A DNA stretch of 64,000 bases from Octopus sinensis (lineage: Eukaryota): assembly GCF_006345805.1 (NCBI RefSeq), contig NC_043005.1:76632001-76696000 (forward strand). Direction: 5' to 3'. A program made the position numbers and the translations under genes. Under the pieces are notes generated by a model. It ran no database searches. It was not told where the DNA came from and was given only the letters and a program-made list of their open reading frames with translations. Of this stretch, positions 1 through 12,781 are shown in pieces (position 1 is the first letter of the stretch; the number at the start of each line of letters is the position of its first letter).

Positions 1-75
1 ATGAAGAACAATTCAAATTAACGTGACACCAAAATTTTAAACAATTACTGATAGCAAACATGTCAAACATATATT

Positions 76-130
76 CCCATCATCAGCTGCCGAACAAATA
101 TGACAATGATTTCGACATCTGGGCAGTATC
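76..130 (-). ncRNA. Degenerate rearranged (non-circularly permuted) hammerhead-like motif
   Basis: Minus strand reads GAU-A-CUGCC..8 nt..GAA-AUC..16 nt..GGCAG-CUGAUGA-UGGG. Stem I (CUGCC/GGCAG) and a 3-bp stem III are intact; stem II is not supported. Strand order and spacing match 24813-24872. Confidence 0.4.
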
Positions 131-1200
131 TTCAATTCGGTGGTGTTAACAGCGTTATAATTATAAACGTCACCTTTGAATCAGTAAACAAGTAGCAATA
201 GCGAAACAATAGCATAATATATCCATTACGTCTACATCTACTTAATATAAATAACGACATCGAATATAAACAAAATCATATTGAAGTTATAGCTAAAAAG
301 CATGGAAATATTTTTAAAAGGTATCTATGAAACAAAGAAATATCTCTCAAAAACGGATAGTGCTACCATAAAAACTATATCCAAAAGTGTATATGTTTTT
401 AGTTGTTTCCCTGCTTTGTTTTTCTTTTAATGGTAATGAGTACTGCCCGTAACCCTTTCCAAAATTTCCGCGATAGCTGAGATTAAAGAAAAAGTTATTC
501 TTAGATCAGAGATAATGTCCGATTGTTTAGAACAGAGAGGAATACGTTAAAAATACCGAATAACTAACTGATAGCATTAAACCTGGTTTCGAATTAAATC
601 TGCTAACAAATAAATTACAGTTACCATTAGTTTGTGTTTGAAATATTACTCCATATTTCAATATGATGTTTGTACTCAAATATATTTTCAACAACACGTT
701 AAAAATTCTAATGTAATTACATTTAAAATCAACTTTTATTGATTGACTTTATGTTGTATGTAATGTAAGTAATCATTTAGAGGAAAGAATCTTGAGATTG
801 AAATATCTTGTCTGACATAGTTGAAGTAATTTTTTAACAATATAAACAGGTACATATTTTAGTGTCTGTAAATCGATCGAATGTTGAACATATGTATTCT
901 CACACAGGCTCTATATTGTACCCATTGTCATGAATAGTATAACACGCTGTTCGAGTATACCATCTCATAAAAGATATAAGATACTGGAAGTGCAGTTTAT
1001 TGTTCTATACAGTGGCAACAGAATTTATTTAATGGTTTTAGGTAAGTCTGTAATGAAGAATTTTTTTTTTTCATATATGTCTGAGAAAGTTTTTAAAAGG
1101 TCACTCTCGTCTATATCATGTATTTATGATAACGAAGAGACGGAATAAGCTGGAACAATGACGAGCTGGGTTAAATAACTTGTATTATTTGAACAGTTCA

Positions 1201-1640
1201 AGGCAGCGAGCAGACAGAGCCGTTAGCAGGCCGAGCAACATATTAGCTGCATTTCGTCCATCTTTACGTTCTGAGTTCAAATTTCGACGAGGTCGATTTC
1301 ACCTTTCGTCCTTTCAGGGTCGATAAATAAGTACCAGTAAAGTACTAGGCTCCATACAATCGATTAGCCTCCCCCATCCCATTTTAGAATTTCAGGTATT
1401 GCACGTATAAAAGAAATGATAATTTGTATAGTTCAAGGCAGTGAGCTCGCAGAGCCGGACAAAATGCCAAGTGGCATTTCATCCGCTTTTACGTTCTGAG
1501 TTCAAATTCTATCGGGCTCAATTTTATCTTTCATTTTTTCGAGGTCGATAAAATGAATTCCAGCGAAGTACTGGGATCGATGTAATCGACCTACCCCTGC
1601 CCTCAAAACTGCAGCCCCTGTACTGAAATTTGAAACCACT
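1201..1640 (+). mobile_element. Two adjacent diverged tRNA-derived SINEs (family B)
   Basis: Both copies (about 1201-1405 and 1436-1640) match the recurring core TACGTTCTGAGTTCAAATT..GAGGTCGA..TTTCATCCTTTCGGGGTCGATAAA..AAGTACCAG. Confidence 0.7.
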
Positions 1641-2100
1641 ATATTTGTACGGTTCGTCATCAAATGCTACTGGAATGAACTTCGTCTTTGATCACTCTTG
1701 GAGTTAATAAAATGGGTACCGGTGATACAACGGCGTTTATTAAATCTATCAAAGATCCTTTCTGCAAAAGTAATCGATATTTATGTTAGCATATTTGAAT
1801 GACATCACAGAATATAATGAAGCGATTAATAATTTTAAAACTGTTATTAATTTTACAGATATTAAATAAAACACCTTGAGATTTCCTTAATCATAATATT
1901 GTGTACTGAGAGTTTGTGACATTTTGGAAAACTATTCTTAACATATTTAACAACGTATCTTATTATCAACAAAAGAATATTGATATTGCATATCAAATTA
2001 TAAGTCATTATATGTTATCTTCAGCTTCAGAGTAAAACTATATTGCTGTGTTGACATAGTCTGATATCTTTTACATACACAACGGTATTGGACTAAGTTG

Positions 2101-2294
2101 CCGAGCGAAATGCTTAGTCTGCTGCTACGTTCTGAGTTCAAATTCCGCCGAGGTCGACTTTGCCTTTTATCTTTTCGGGGTCGATAAATTAAGTACCAGT
2201 TACGCACTGGGGTCGATGTAATCGACTTAATCTGTTTATCTGTCCTTGTTTGTCCCCTCTGTGCTTAGCCCCTTGTGGGTAGTAAAGAAATAGA
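2101..2294 (+). mobile_element. 5'-truncated SINE family B with 15-bp target-site duplication
   Basis: Family B core; TATTGGACTAAGTTG at 2086-2100 and 2295-2309. Confidence 0.85.
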
Positions 2295-3026
2295 TATTGG
2301 ACTAAGTTGGTGCAAACTTTTAGAAAGTGGATTGTATAAATTTGATGAAAATTTCTACGGTGTTGCTATGACTAAATAATGTAGCCATAGACGAAATTTG
2401 AATATGTTATATTATAATGTTTTATGAACACGAGAAACCTCAAGAAACATCACATGTAAGAAAATTTACGTGAAGTAAATTTTTATGCTTCATGCGCTAA
2501 GCTTCAGCGGACATATCTAACATTACATCCAGTGATAACCTTATCTATGTGTGATGTATATCAATGACAAATAAACAGCCGCTGATATGAGTAAATACCG
2601 GTGCATGAAGGAACTAACTGACAGTAACTGAAAGTAATAGTCACACTGACAACAGTAGTTGATATACTGGGAAAAAATATATAAACAGTCAAGATACAGA
2701 GGATCAAAAAACAGCTTCCGGCAGATTAATTTCATGACATGGTGTTTCAATCTAGCTGAAACGAATTTATTTTAATTTTACAGATAGTAATTTTGGGAAG
2801 GCTAAATGTCACAAATACTCAATTCTACTTCCATTAAACATACTGCAATTTTCTCTTAACCAGAACAAATCTTATTACAATCTACATGAATAAACTACAC
2901 GGAAGATTCTACATCGCCAGGATGGAAGTGTTAAATGGCATATACGGCGTTACCATTCTCGACGGAAACAGACTCTCTCTCTCTCTGTCTCTCTCTCACA
3001 CACACACACGTATATATGTACGTATG

Positions 3027-3088
<62 letters not shown>

Positions 3089-4594
3089 GAGATTACGTAT
3101 TTGTAAAGTCCTTGTCAACATATATTTTTCTTTAATTGATCATTAAAGAAAATGACGCAATAGCATGCATCTCTCTCTCTCTCTCTCTCTCTCTCACTCA
3201 CTCACTCACTCACACACACACACACACACACACACTCGCACACATCCTACACACACAGCTGATATTTATTTTTAATGAGTATTCTAAGTCGGAAAACGAA
3301 TGAATGATTCTCTCAAATCAACGAGGCATCCTTTCATTATATTCGCTTGATCTGCTAGATATAGTTACCAAATACCCCTGAAATTAATACACACCGTTCA
3401 CATACAAAATAACGTATTTGAGAATGTAGCAGTCAGGGGCTGGAATGCATTTGACCATAAGCTTTTCTGTCAGAATATAGTTAACTTAAACAATATTAGC
3501 AATAACAGATGTGTAATTTGCCGTCTAATGAGTTTGGCACTGAGCTACGTTATCGAAGAATAGTTTTCACTTGTTATTAGTCGAAGTATCGATCTTCAGA
3601 TGGCATGTGATTACCTTATGCACTAGACTGACTGGTTAGGAATTACAGACTTCGTAAGTATATAGATTCGAATATAAAAATAGAATTTGTACCCAGTGTT
3701 CGCAGAATAAGATTAAAGTCACGTATCACATATATGAAGCAATTCATAACAACTGCGCCACTAATGCACTAGCTAATGAAATAAGCATCAGGAACTGTCA
3801 TTGTATTCCTACTTATATGAAGGACCATTTTTCTTGGTGCAAAAGAAACAAATATAACCTACACACCGAAAATAGTTTAAAACTGTCCATTAGTTAAACT
3901 GAGATTATAAATAGCTATTCCGAGATTACGGTGGAAAGCATTTTTTTAATAACTATTCTGATGGTTAAAAAATCAATTATATTTAAGAAGCTATACTAAA
4001 TAAATATTATCTAGGGTCATTAACGGAGAATAGCTTAAAATGTATTGATTAATTCATAAGATATTCTGTTTCTTACACACATGAAACTTCTTTAAGTAAG
4101 AAGAATGCTTTGCACTGCGATAAAGGAAAACGATAATGAAAGCCAATGATTAAATTACATATTAGAAAATTCTATTATGTATCTAATGCATTTTGTACGC
4201 AACAAATTCATTTATTTAATCGTTACTTTAACATAAAAAGCAAAAAGTATAGTTTTACAAGGTAACAAAAGATCAAATTTGATGCTTGTCATGAGTAAGC
4301 TCATTAGCACACTAGTTGAGACTTGATTCGTCTTGTTTTGATGTTCAATTTTGCAAGAAACCATTTTAGAATTTATAATATAAACACCATCGATGTGGAA
4401 TATATACACGCATAAATACTATCCGTCTTGTTTTTCATCAGAGACTTATCAAGGGAAATCTGTATATCAATCTTCATTTCAATTATTTTGCATGATTCAG
4501 TATATTACTTTCGGTCTTTCATCTCTGTAGGGTTTGCGTTCAAATCCTACCTAGGTCAACTTTATGTTTCAACTCTCATATTGATTTCAGATTT

Positions 4595-4797
4595 TGGCTC
4601 AAGGCCAACATTTTCGGGGGAGGAAGTAAGTTGATTTCATCAACCTCAGTGGTCAACTGGTACTTATTTTATCGATCCTGAAAAGATGAAAGGCAAAGTC
4701 GAACCCAGTGATATTTGAACTCAGAACATAAGGACGAACAAAAGGCAGCTAAGAATTTTACCCTGCGTGCTAACGATTCTGCCAGATCCTCGCCGCC
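4595..4797 (-). mobile_element. SINE family B
   Basis: Reverse complement of the family B head and core. Confidence 0.7.
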
Positions 4798-5184
4798 TCA
4801 TTGCAACTGTCTCATATTGATAAACTAACAGCGCATCACGTAACTGATCCATTCCTGTAAATATAAATTTCTCCAAGGTTTTGTCATATGCCAAGGTAAG
4901 GGACCAAAATATTTTGATTAATTTTTGGAAATATATTTTACAGAAATGCTGTTCTCAGTTTTCAGTTTCTGAGAGTTATTCGATGAAAGATAAGAAAAGA
5001 TATTGCCAATTTGTTTTATTTGATTCTAAATTATTAAATTGATGAATTGTTTCATGTCTGTTGTAAGTGTGCTAAAGATCAAATAAAATGCTAGCTTTAT
5101 ATAACAGGACATCAACACAGTAGTGTTAAAACTAAAGCTCCTACTATAATGGGAGGGTTTTTGTAAAGAAATTCTTACATTCTG

Positions 5185-5700
5185 TCAATAATTTCCTGTA
5201 GACAAAATGGAAAAAGCGTTGCCCGAGGATAGCGAAGGAGATGCGCTGTAACAGCTACTCTGACTAGCAGACTCGCGCTTGTGGATTGCCATCTCTACCT
5301 CGATAGTGATGAGAAGGGATATGGTTCGGAAGTGGGAGCCAAGAAAGCTAGAGGTCTCCACTGTCACAGGTTCAGCTAACCTGTCAGAGCGACCGATATT
5401 TGACAGTTTGTTTTTGTCAAACTGACGAGCAGCTATACCTGAGCTTGAGGATGATCACGCCAAGTTGCCGCTGGAGAGGTGTGTCACAGCATGTGGCATC
5501 CCAGATAAGGGACCTCCTGTCGCAGAGCGGGAAAATAATCATACCGTCAGATCTTTTACCGTCCCCTCGGTCTAATCCCACTGGCTCGAGCTGGGAAGAG
5601 AAGCCTGCGGCGTCTTCGTAATACTTTATGATTTCGGCGAATAAGGCATGCTTTATGATTTCTAAAGACAAAATAATTATGAAATGCTGGTTTTGAATTT
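5185..5700 (-). mobile_element. 3' fragment of a CRE-like non-LTR retrotransposon (restriction-like endonuclease domain), decayed
   Basis: Translation gives KHALFAEII..AAGFSSQLEPVGLDRGDGKRSDG...LIWDATCCDT, then EPVTVETS..LG and RES..SGNAFSIL. This matches the EPxGL..DGKRPDG..WDxTCxDT..ETxG..QRGNA pattern of CRE-type RLE elements. Confidence 0.75.
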
Positions 5701-5850
5701 TGACACATTTCGGGGTGGGGGTGTCAGTCGATGACATCGACCCCAGAATTAAACAGGTTTATATTTTATCGCTCCGAAAGGATGAAAGGCAAAATCGACC
5801 TCGGCAGGATTTGAACTCAGGACGTAAAGATGCAAATATTTTGCTCGGCG
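5700..5850 (-). mobile_element. SINE family B fragment
   Basis: TCGACCCCAG..GGATGAAAGGCAAAATCGACCTCGGCAGGATTTGAACTCAGGACGTA. Confidence 0.65.
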
Positions 5851-5984
5851 TGCATGTTTATAAAATATTAATCTCAGAATTAAAATATAGCGAGTTATTT
5901 CTTTATTCTCAGAATTAAAATATAGCGAGTGAATGATGACACGTTTGCTTATCACCAATTAAAACAAAAATTTCTAAATAAGTC

Positions 5985-6365
5985 CAGGCATAGCTGTAAG
6001 GTTAAGCAGCTTGCTTCCCAACCGCATGATTCTGGGTTCAGTCCCATTGCGTGGCAACATGGGCAAGTGTTTTCTACTATATCATTGGACTGACCAATGC
6101 CCTATGAGTAAATTGGGTAGGCGGAGACGGTAATGAAGCCCGTCGTGTAGATACATGTTTGTGTGTGTCTTTATGTCTGTTTGTACTCCTACAACTTGAC
6201 AGCTGATTTCAGTTTGATTACAGCATTGTAACTTGGCAATTCAGCACACGTGACGATTGAATAAGTGGCAAGCGTAAAAATAAGTGCTGGGTGGTGCGGG
6301 GAGCAATTTCTCCGAATAAAACCCTTCAAAGTGGTGCATGACTGAAACAAGTTATAGATAAAAGA
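5985..6365 (+). mobile_element. Diverged tRNA-derived SINE family A
   Basis: A/B-box-like head, then CCACTGCGTGGCA.C.TGGGCAAGTG and the GACTGAAACAAG tail. Confidence 0.7.
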
Positions 6366-6746
6366 ATACTGAACACAATTTTGATTAAATTTTTTTTAAA
6401 TTGTTAAATTTCGTAGGAGTAAGTACAGGCTATGTAAGAGCGATATGGTAACATTGCAGTATTGTAAAGTTTGAATGTAATTAACATGTAATTATCAGAG
6501 TATAACACAAAGGCTATAGGCAAAAACAAAACAAAACAAAGAAAGTCATAAAAATAATCAATACTTCATCTCATGCTTTAATATATAATATATAGTGGAA
6601 AATTTATTGATTTTATCGTATCGAAAGCAAATGTGGTTACATATATAGAAGAAAAGAATTTGACACACGATTAAACAACTGATATATAGTAACATTATTT
6701 AATTCCATAAAGAAATTTTAAACAAAAAGCGAAAAATTGTAATATC

Positions 6747-6843
<97 letters not shown>

Positions 6844-6857
6844 CACATATACACACA

Positions 6858-6975
6858 CATAGGAGCAGGCTCGGCTGTGTGGTTAAGAAGCTCGTTTTGC
6901 AACCACACGATTTCGGGTTCAGTTCCACTACGTAGTCTGTTGGATAACTGTTTTCTGCTCCAATGCTTTGTGAGT
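6858..6975 (+). mobile_element. SINE family A head fragment
   Basis: GGCTGTGTGGTTAAGAAGCT..AACCACACGATTTCGGGTTCAGTTCCACT. Confidence 0.6.
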
Positions 6976-7329
6976 GAACAAGACAAAAGTTATTGTTCCG
7001 CGATTTGGTCCTCCCATGAAGAGATATCGGTTCAGTTCAACATATAGCCAAGTATCTCAGAGATGAATATATAACAAATGCATGTGCCCGGCAGATCAAC
7101 TCTAGTCAATTATCGGTCAAAATCTGCTCGAGCTCATGCTACAGATTAAGTCTTGTGGTTTAACTAAAATAGCTTTTCACATATAATCGTGAATTTATCG
7201 ACAAATTTTTCACAAAGATGCAGGCAAGATGTCCCAATGTACGACATCTTGGGTAAACGTTTTCTGCTAAAGACTCGTGTTGAGTCTTGCGAGTGAATTT
7301 CATTCATGGATATTGCATAGAAGCCCTTC

Positions 7330-7370
<41 letters not shown>

Positions 7371-7373
<3 letters not shown>

Positions 7374-7611
7374 ATAGAAATGTTAAGACAACAAAAGAAT
7401 GAAAGAGACCTCGATATTATGTAAATAGAGGAATTTATTCGTAAATATAATATGTGACAATTATTCGGTAGCCATGATAAAACTCCGAGTTTCGGATGTC
7501 GGGTCGGAAACCCACGCTGCCATCTCTTCAGTTATCTGGCGTGAATTTCCACCCCAACATCCGAAACTCGGAGTTTTATCATGGTTACCGAATAACTGTC
7601 ACTTATTATAT
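7371..7611. mobile_element. PLE-type mini-element with head-to-head inverted copies (about 65-bp arms)
   Basis: 7445-7510 is a near-perfect reverse complement of 7546-7611. It contains an HHR on the minus strand, and its tail abuts (TA)n at 7331-7370. Confidence 0.65.
7476..7536 (-). ncRNA. Type I hammerhead ribozyme (palindromic stem III)
   Basis: GAUAA-CUGAAGA-GAUG..GGGU/ACCC..CAUC-C-GAA-ACUC.G.GAGU-U-UUAUC. Stem I is 5 bp, the core is intact, and the cleavage triplet is GUU. Confidence 0.75.
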
Positions 7612-8104
7612 ATATAAAGTGTATATTATTTGTGTTTCTGTCTGTGTTTTTTCTTATGCTTGTTCCCCGCCATTTGACATCTTGTGTTAGTTTGGTTACA
7701 CCCCCTATAAGTCAGCCATTCAACATAAGAGATTGTGATTAGAATAAGTATCACACTGAAAATATAATCAGTACTGTTCGACAAAACCTTTCACTGTCGC
7801 AATCCAATGAACGAAACAAGTAAAAGCTAAAGCATAAAAGATCCATTAACTTTGAATCTACAAATGAGTAGAACAGATGATTGTTACTGTTTGCATGTTT
7901 GGTAAGTAAGCTGTAAGCTACTTTCTTTCTCTGATGAAAAATCACGAGTAGGGACTCCAGATTAGACGACAATAATCAGTCGAAACTTTTATGTGTGGTT
8001 TAACGGCAAATTATATATGACAGCCAGGATAAATATATATTTCGTGAAACATACTTACGTGAACGTATTTACAATTCGTATGTGTATATATACACACACA
8101 TACA

Positions 8105-8315
8105 TACGAGGGGGTTGCTGAAAAGTTCCTGGCATTGGGTGAAAAAGAAAATACAGGCGGATCATTCAATTATAATTTTATTCAACATATACTTCTCTCA
8201 GATTCACACGCCTACTGCAGCGGTCCTTCAGTTTTTTTAAGCCCTGTAAAAGAACTTGGATGATTAAGCCTCCAACCGAGCTATAAAGTCAGGAACTTTT
8301 CAGCACCCCCTCGTA
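8105..8315. mobile_element. Tc1/mariner-type MITE
   Basis: TIRs TACGAGGGGGTTGCTGAAAAGTTCCTG / CAGGAACTTTTCAGCACCCCCTCGTA with TA ends; second copy at 27813-28028. Confidence 0.85.
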
Positions 8316-8929
8316 CACGCATGCGCACAAGCGTGTGACTGCGCTTGTTTGTTTTGATGATTTGTTTCTTCCATAGTCAATAGTTTCAGGCAATAGACCA
8401 GTGTCTTTTCTTTATTGTAGTTTAATCTAATGAACACTACAGATAAGTATTAGCTGCATATTTATGTCTGGCTGCAGAATAATTTTTAGACTAATGCGAC
8501 TTTGTCCCAGATATAAACTGGAAAAAGAAATGTGTATTTTCTCAGTGTTTCTATGTATATAAAACAATCTATTTAACAATTCTGTATAAGCTCTGTTTCA
8601 CATTTGGCTTTTCAAAATTATGTGTAGACGTTTCAATGTTTTGACTGGTCATCATAGCATATAATGTAAACAAATAGAAATTCGAGGGTTATGTGTAAAC
8701 TATAACAGATTGACAACTTATTGCATTGGAATGAATTGTTTGCCATATAAAAACATTGAGCTTGTTTTGATACATGCACGAAACTATTTAAAAGATTTGT
8801 CTAAAGTCAGCCAACGAATAATCAACGAATAATAAACGTACTCATTTGATATGCTGGAAATAATAGCTAAATTTCTTTCAAATAACGTTGCGTCTTAACA
8901 ATTAACTACACATGTTTCAAGACTTGGTA

Positions 8930-9122
8930 CATGTCCAGCAATTTATTGGAAGGGGTAAGTTGATTACACCAACCCCAATGACCAACCGATGCTTATTTTA
9001 TCGAAAAGAACAAAAAGGCAAAGTTGACCTCGGCTGAATTTAAACTTGGGACGTGAAGACAGACGAAATGCGGCTAAGCATTTTGCTCTCCTTCCTAATG
9101 ATTCTGCCGGCTCGCCACCTTC
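8930..9122 (-). mobile_element. SINE family B (diverged)
   Basis: Reverse-complement match to the family B core. Confidence 0.65.
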
Positions 9123-9373
9123 ACACATGTAGTTATTAATATACAGAAAGATGTGGTGGCCACGGCTGGAATTCTTTTGGATATTGGGTTTCATTCATAA
9201 TACCTGAAAAGGGAGTTAAACAGCAACAACAAAATATATCACAATAATGTTTTTGATAAAAACACGAACGCTACATTTGATTCTGACATTCACCGCACTC
9301 GCTGGATACTAGACAACAAAAGGAGGTCATTCGTTTGTATCAATTCACCGTTAAGACAAGTAAGCACACATCT

Positions 9374-9607
9374 ATTTTCTTTAATACCCTCAAGAGGCTA
9401 AACACAGAGGGGACAAACAAGGACAGACAAACGGATTAAGTCGATTACATCGACCCCAGTGCGTAACTGGTACTTAATTTATCGACCCCGAAAGGATGAA
9501 AGGCAAAGTCGACCTCGGCGGAATTTGAACTCAGAACGTAGCGGCGGACGAAATACCGCAAAGCATTTCGCCCGGCGTGCTAACGTTTCTGCCAGCTTGC
9601 CGCCTTT
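9374..9607 (-). mobile_element. Full-length SINE family B with 15-bp TSD
   Basis: AGTAAGCACACATCT at 9359-9373 and 9608-9622; complete head GGCGGCAAGCTGGCAGAAACGTTAGCACG. Confidence 0.9.
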
Positions 9608-9870
9608 AGTAAGCACACATCTAAGATATAAAAAGAGATTGTTATTTAGCATAAGGTCAACAGTGATAGACATCTATGGTTAGTAGCATTTTAGCCATTA
9701 CCATTCCATCATTTTCATGCTACCTGGAACTATATTAGTCAATATGTGGTTTCCTTATTTAAAGACTGAAGTGTATGAATTGAGAGATGGCAAATCGGAT
9801 GGTGTCATCGGCGCTTCTGAGTTTGTTTTACAGACGTCAAAGTAGAAAACCGAACCAGTATAAGTTATGT

Positions 9871-10175
9871 GTGGAGGCGCAATGGCCCAGTGGTTAGCGC
9901 AGTGGACTCGCGGTCGTAGGATCGCGGTTTCGATTCCCAGACTGGGTGCTGTGAGTGTTTATTGTGCGAAAGCTCCACGAGACTCCGGCAGGGGGTGGTG
10001 GCAATCCCTGCTGTAGACTTTCACCACAACTTTCTCTCACTCTGTCTTCTGTTGGCCTGCTCGCTTAGCCAGCGGGGTGGCGTCATTTGAAAGCTAAAAC
10101 AATGCGAAACGCATTGTGATCAGCTATGTCTAGCAAGATCTGATAAGCCTGCTCGGTCACGGTGATCACGGTGAT
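9871..10175 (+). mobile_element. tRNA-derived SINE family C
   Basis: Head GGAGGCGCAATGGCCCAGTGGTTAG..GGTTTCGATTCCC; tail TCACGGTGA x2; near-identical copy at 26909. Confidence 0.85.
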
Positions 10176-10604
10176 AAGTAATATACTACTGTGAGCAATG
10201 ACATCATAGTGACATGGATATGTTTCGTTAGTTTCTTTTATTTTTTATTTGATTCGATCATTGGACTCCAGCCATGCTGGAGCATGCCTTGAAGTATTTA
10301 CTCCAACAAATAGAAGCCAGTATTTATTTGCCTCTTAAGCTGATACTTATTCTATCGTTGTCTTTTGCCGAATCGCTAGTTACGTGAACGTAAATAAATC
10401 ACCAAACGTTGTCAAGTAGTGAGGGCAAAACACGAGTACAAATACATACACATAGAAGTGCTCAAGAGTAATTTGAGACGAAAGATATAAAATATGTAAT
10501 CTGAAGAAACAAGACCTGGTAATTCAATCCGTAAACATGACTCCGATTTGAGATGGATTTAAAGGACAATCGTACATGATATGTTAAAAATATATAAATA
10601 CACA

Positions 10605-10999
10605 GGCGCAGGAGTAGCTGTGTAGTAAGTAGCTTGTTCAGCAACCACATGGTTGCGGATTCAGTTCCACTGCGTGGCACCTTGGGCAAGTATCTTCTAC
10701 TATTGCCTCGGGCCGACCAAAGTCTTGTGAATGGATTTGGTAATGGAAACTGAAAGAAGTTCGCCGTATATTAATATATATGTGTGTGTGTGTGTATGTG
10801 TGTGTGTGTGTTTGTCCCCCATCATCGTTTGACAACCGATGCTGGTGTGTTTACGTCCCCGTAACTTAGCGGTTCGTCAAAGACCGATAGAATAAGTACT
10901 AGGCTTACAAAGAATAAGTCCTGGGGTCGATTTGCTCGACTAAAAGGCGGTGCTCCAGCATGGCCACGGTCAAATGACTGAAACAAATAAAAGAAAGTA
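10605..10999 (+). mobile_element. SINE family A
   Basis: Complete head, internal (TA/TG)n and tail GGCGGTGCTCCAGCATGGCC..GACTGAAACAA. Confidence 0.85.
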
Positions 11000-11253
11000 A
11001 CTGATTTTACTACCCCGAATTTTAACTTCGCTTATCATTGTATCTTTTGGTTCGTTTCCATTACCAACACTTCAGACTTTCTGCAATATTTTTTACCTAC
11101 ACACGCATGTTTTAACGTTTATGTCTGCATCCGGATATTATTACTTTACACACATATTTTTTAAACCAATCATGTACAATAGCCATTTAAGTCCATCTCT
11201 AATCGGAGTCATGTTTGCGGATTCAATTACAAGGTCTTTTGTTTCTTCACATT

Positions 11254-11317
<64 letters not shown>

Positions 11318-11414
11318 TATATATATATACGTATATATGTATTTATACATATGTGTGTATTTATAATATACGACACACACACACATACACACACATATAT
11401 ATATATATACATAC

Positions 11415-11820
11415 TTACGTATGTCCCAAACTTTGGCATCGAGAGTTACACAAATACTAAAACTGGGCGCCACTGCATAGTGCCAAGGACTCCAAATTTG
11501 CTATCAAGATATAGGACAAGATACTGCAATAGTCTGGGCTTCAGAGGTTCACAGCTCTTCAATATCCTCCCGAAGGACCAGAGAGACCTGAATGGGGTGG
11601 ATGTAGGTGTCTTCAAAATAAAGCTGGATCTCATACTGTCAAGTGTCTCAGGTGAGCCAACTTCGCATCAGGGGGTGCAGATGAGGGCAGCGGCATCAAA
11701 CTCCCTCATGCACCAAATGTCAATTCCTAAAAAGCGTTCGTGATGTAAAATTATGTAGTAACACCAAATGGCGGTGCCCCAGCATGAACACAGTTCCTGA
11801 GCTGAAACTAGATATAAAAA
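11415..11820 (+). mobile_element. 3' end of a CR1/L2-group LINE
   Basis: ORF 11351-11743 ends VPNFGI..GRHCIVP..RYCNSLGFRGSQLFNILPKD..VFKIKLDLILSSVSGEP..AASNSLMHQ, typical of the post-RT C-terminus of this group. A short 3' UTR follows. Confidence 0.75.
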
Positions 11821-12735
11821 TATATATATTTATATGTATATATATATTTTTGTATGTATGTATGTGTGTACATATGACTTAGTACAACGTCATCTTAATA
11901 CAACGAAAAATAATAATGATAAGCATCGCCATATTGTGATGTCATAATTCATGAAGAGTTTAAATTTCAAACTAGTAACACATTCAGAAAGATAAAAAAA
12001 TTTTTTTTTTCTTTTACGAAAAATCCAATAGTTTTGTGAATCTTGTCAGTTTTACATGTTTAACAAACAATAAATTTGTAAATTCAATGAAAGCTATGTT
12101 TTAAATTCTTAATAATTTTGTTATGTAAAAGTTTGTGTAAGCGTTTTTGTATTTTGACTACGCAGAATGACATTTAGTATAAACAAAATAGGAAATCAAT
12201 TGTTTATGTAAACAATAAAGGACAGAATAATCACGATATAGAAAAGAGAAACTGCTTCGCTTATAAAAACATTGATTTGGTTCCAGTCCAAGGCTGTTTG
12301 AAACATTTTTTGTGAATTGAGAACACGATAGACCCCACCCCGGGAGGATGTTCAACCTGCTAAAAGTAGTTACCAAAATTTCCCCAAATCGCTACTAACC
12401 GTGTTAAGGGAAACGTAATGAGACAACGTGCTCCTACTTTTCCTTAATACAACGTGGTATTTATGCTCGAATAGCCTAGGTCTGCGTAAACCGGGATATC
12501 ATGAAGCTGAGCAGCAATCATATTTTCATTCATCTGAATATTTACGTAAAACAATAATGCTATTGAATGGTTGTATACTGTCAATCTAACAAGAACGTGA
12601 CAGTAGGGGGTACACCACCGTTGTATAGCCCTAGGAGGCATCGAACGCCTCCTGACAGCTTCGACACATTTTTTCCCTGTGTCCTTATATACATATATGA
12701 AGGGGAGACAAACACCCCCGGCCGTCGGAACTGCA

Positions 12736-12781
12736 TCTAGGGACACCGTGTTTCAGGATCATTGTCCTTCATCGGCCTAGA
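12736..12781 (-). ncRNA. Minimal type I hammerhead ribozyme (U4C core variant)
   Basis: UCUAGG-CCGAUGA-AGGA-CAAUGA-UCCU-GAA-ACAC.G.GUGU-C-CCUAGA. Stem I 6 bp, stem II 4 bp, palindromic stem III, GUC triplet. Confidence 0.8.

Noticed and set aside
570-625. Minus-strand GAA-ACC.A.GGU palindrome like a stem III
   Set aside because: No recognisable CUGAnGA core or stem I upstream.
9871-9945. tRNA-like sequences at SINE heads
   Set aside because: They continue into SINE bodies and lack complete cloverleaf ends, so they are not called tRNA genes.
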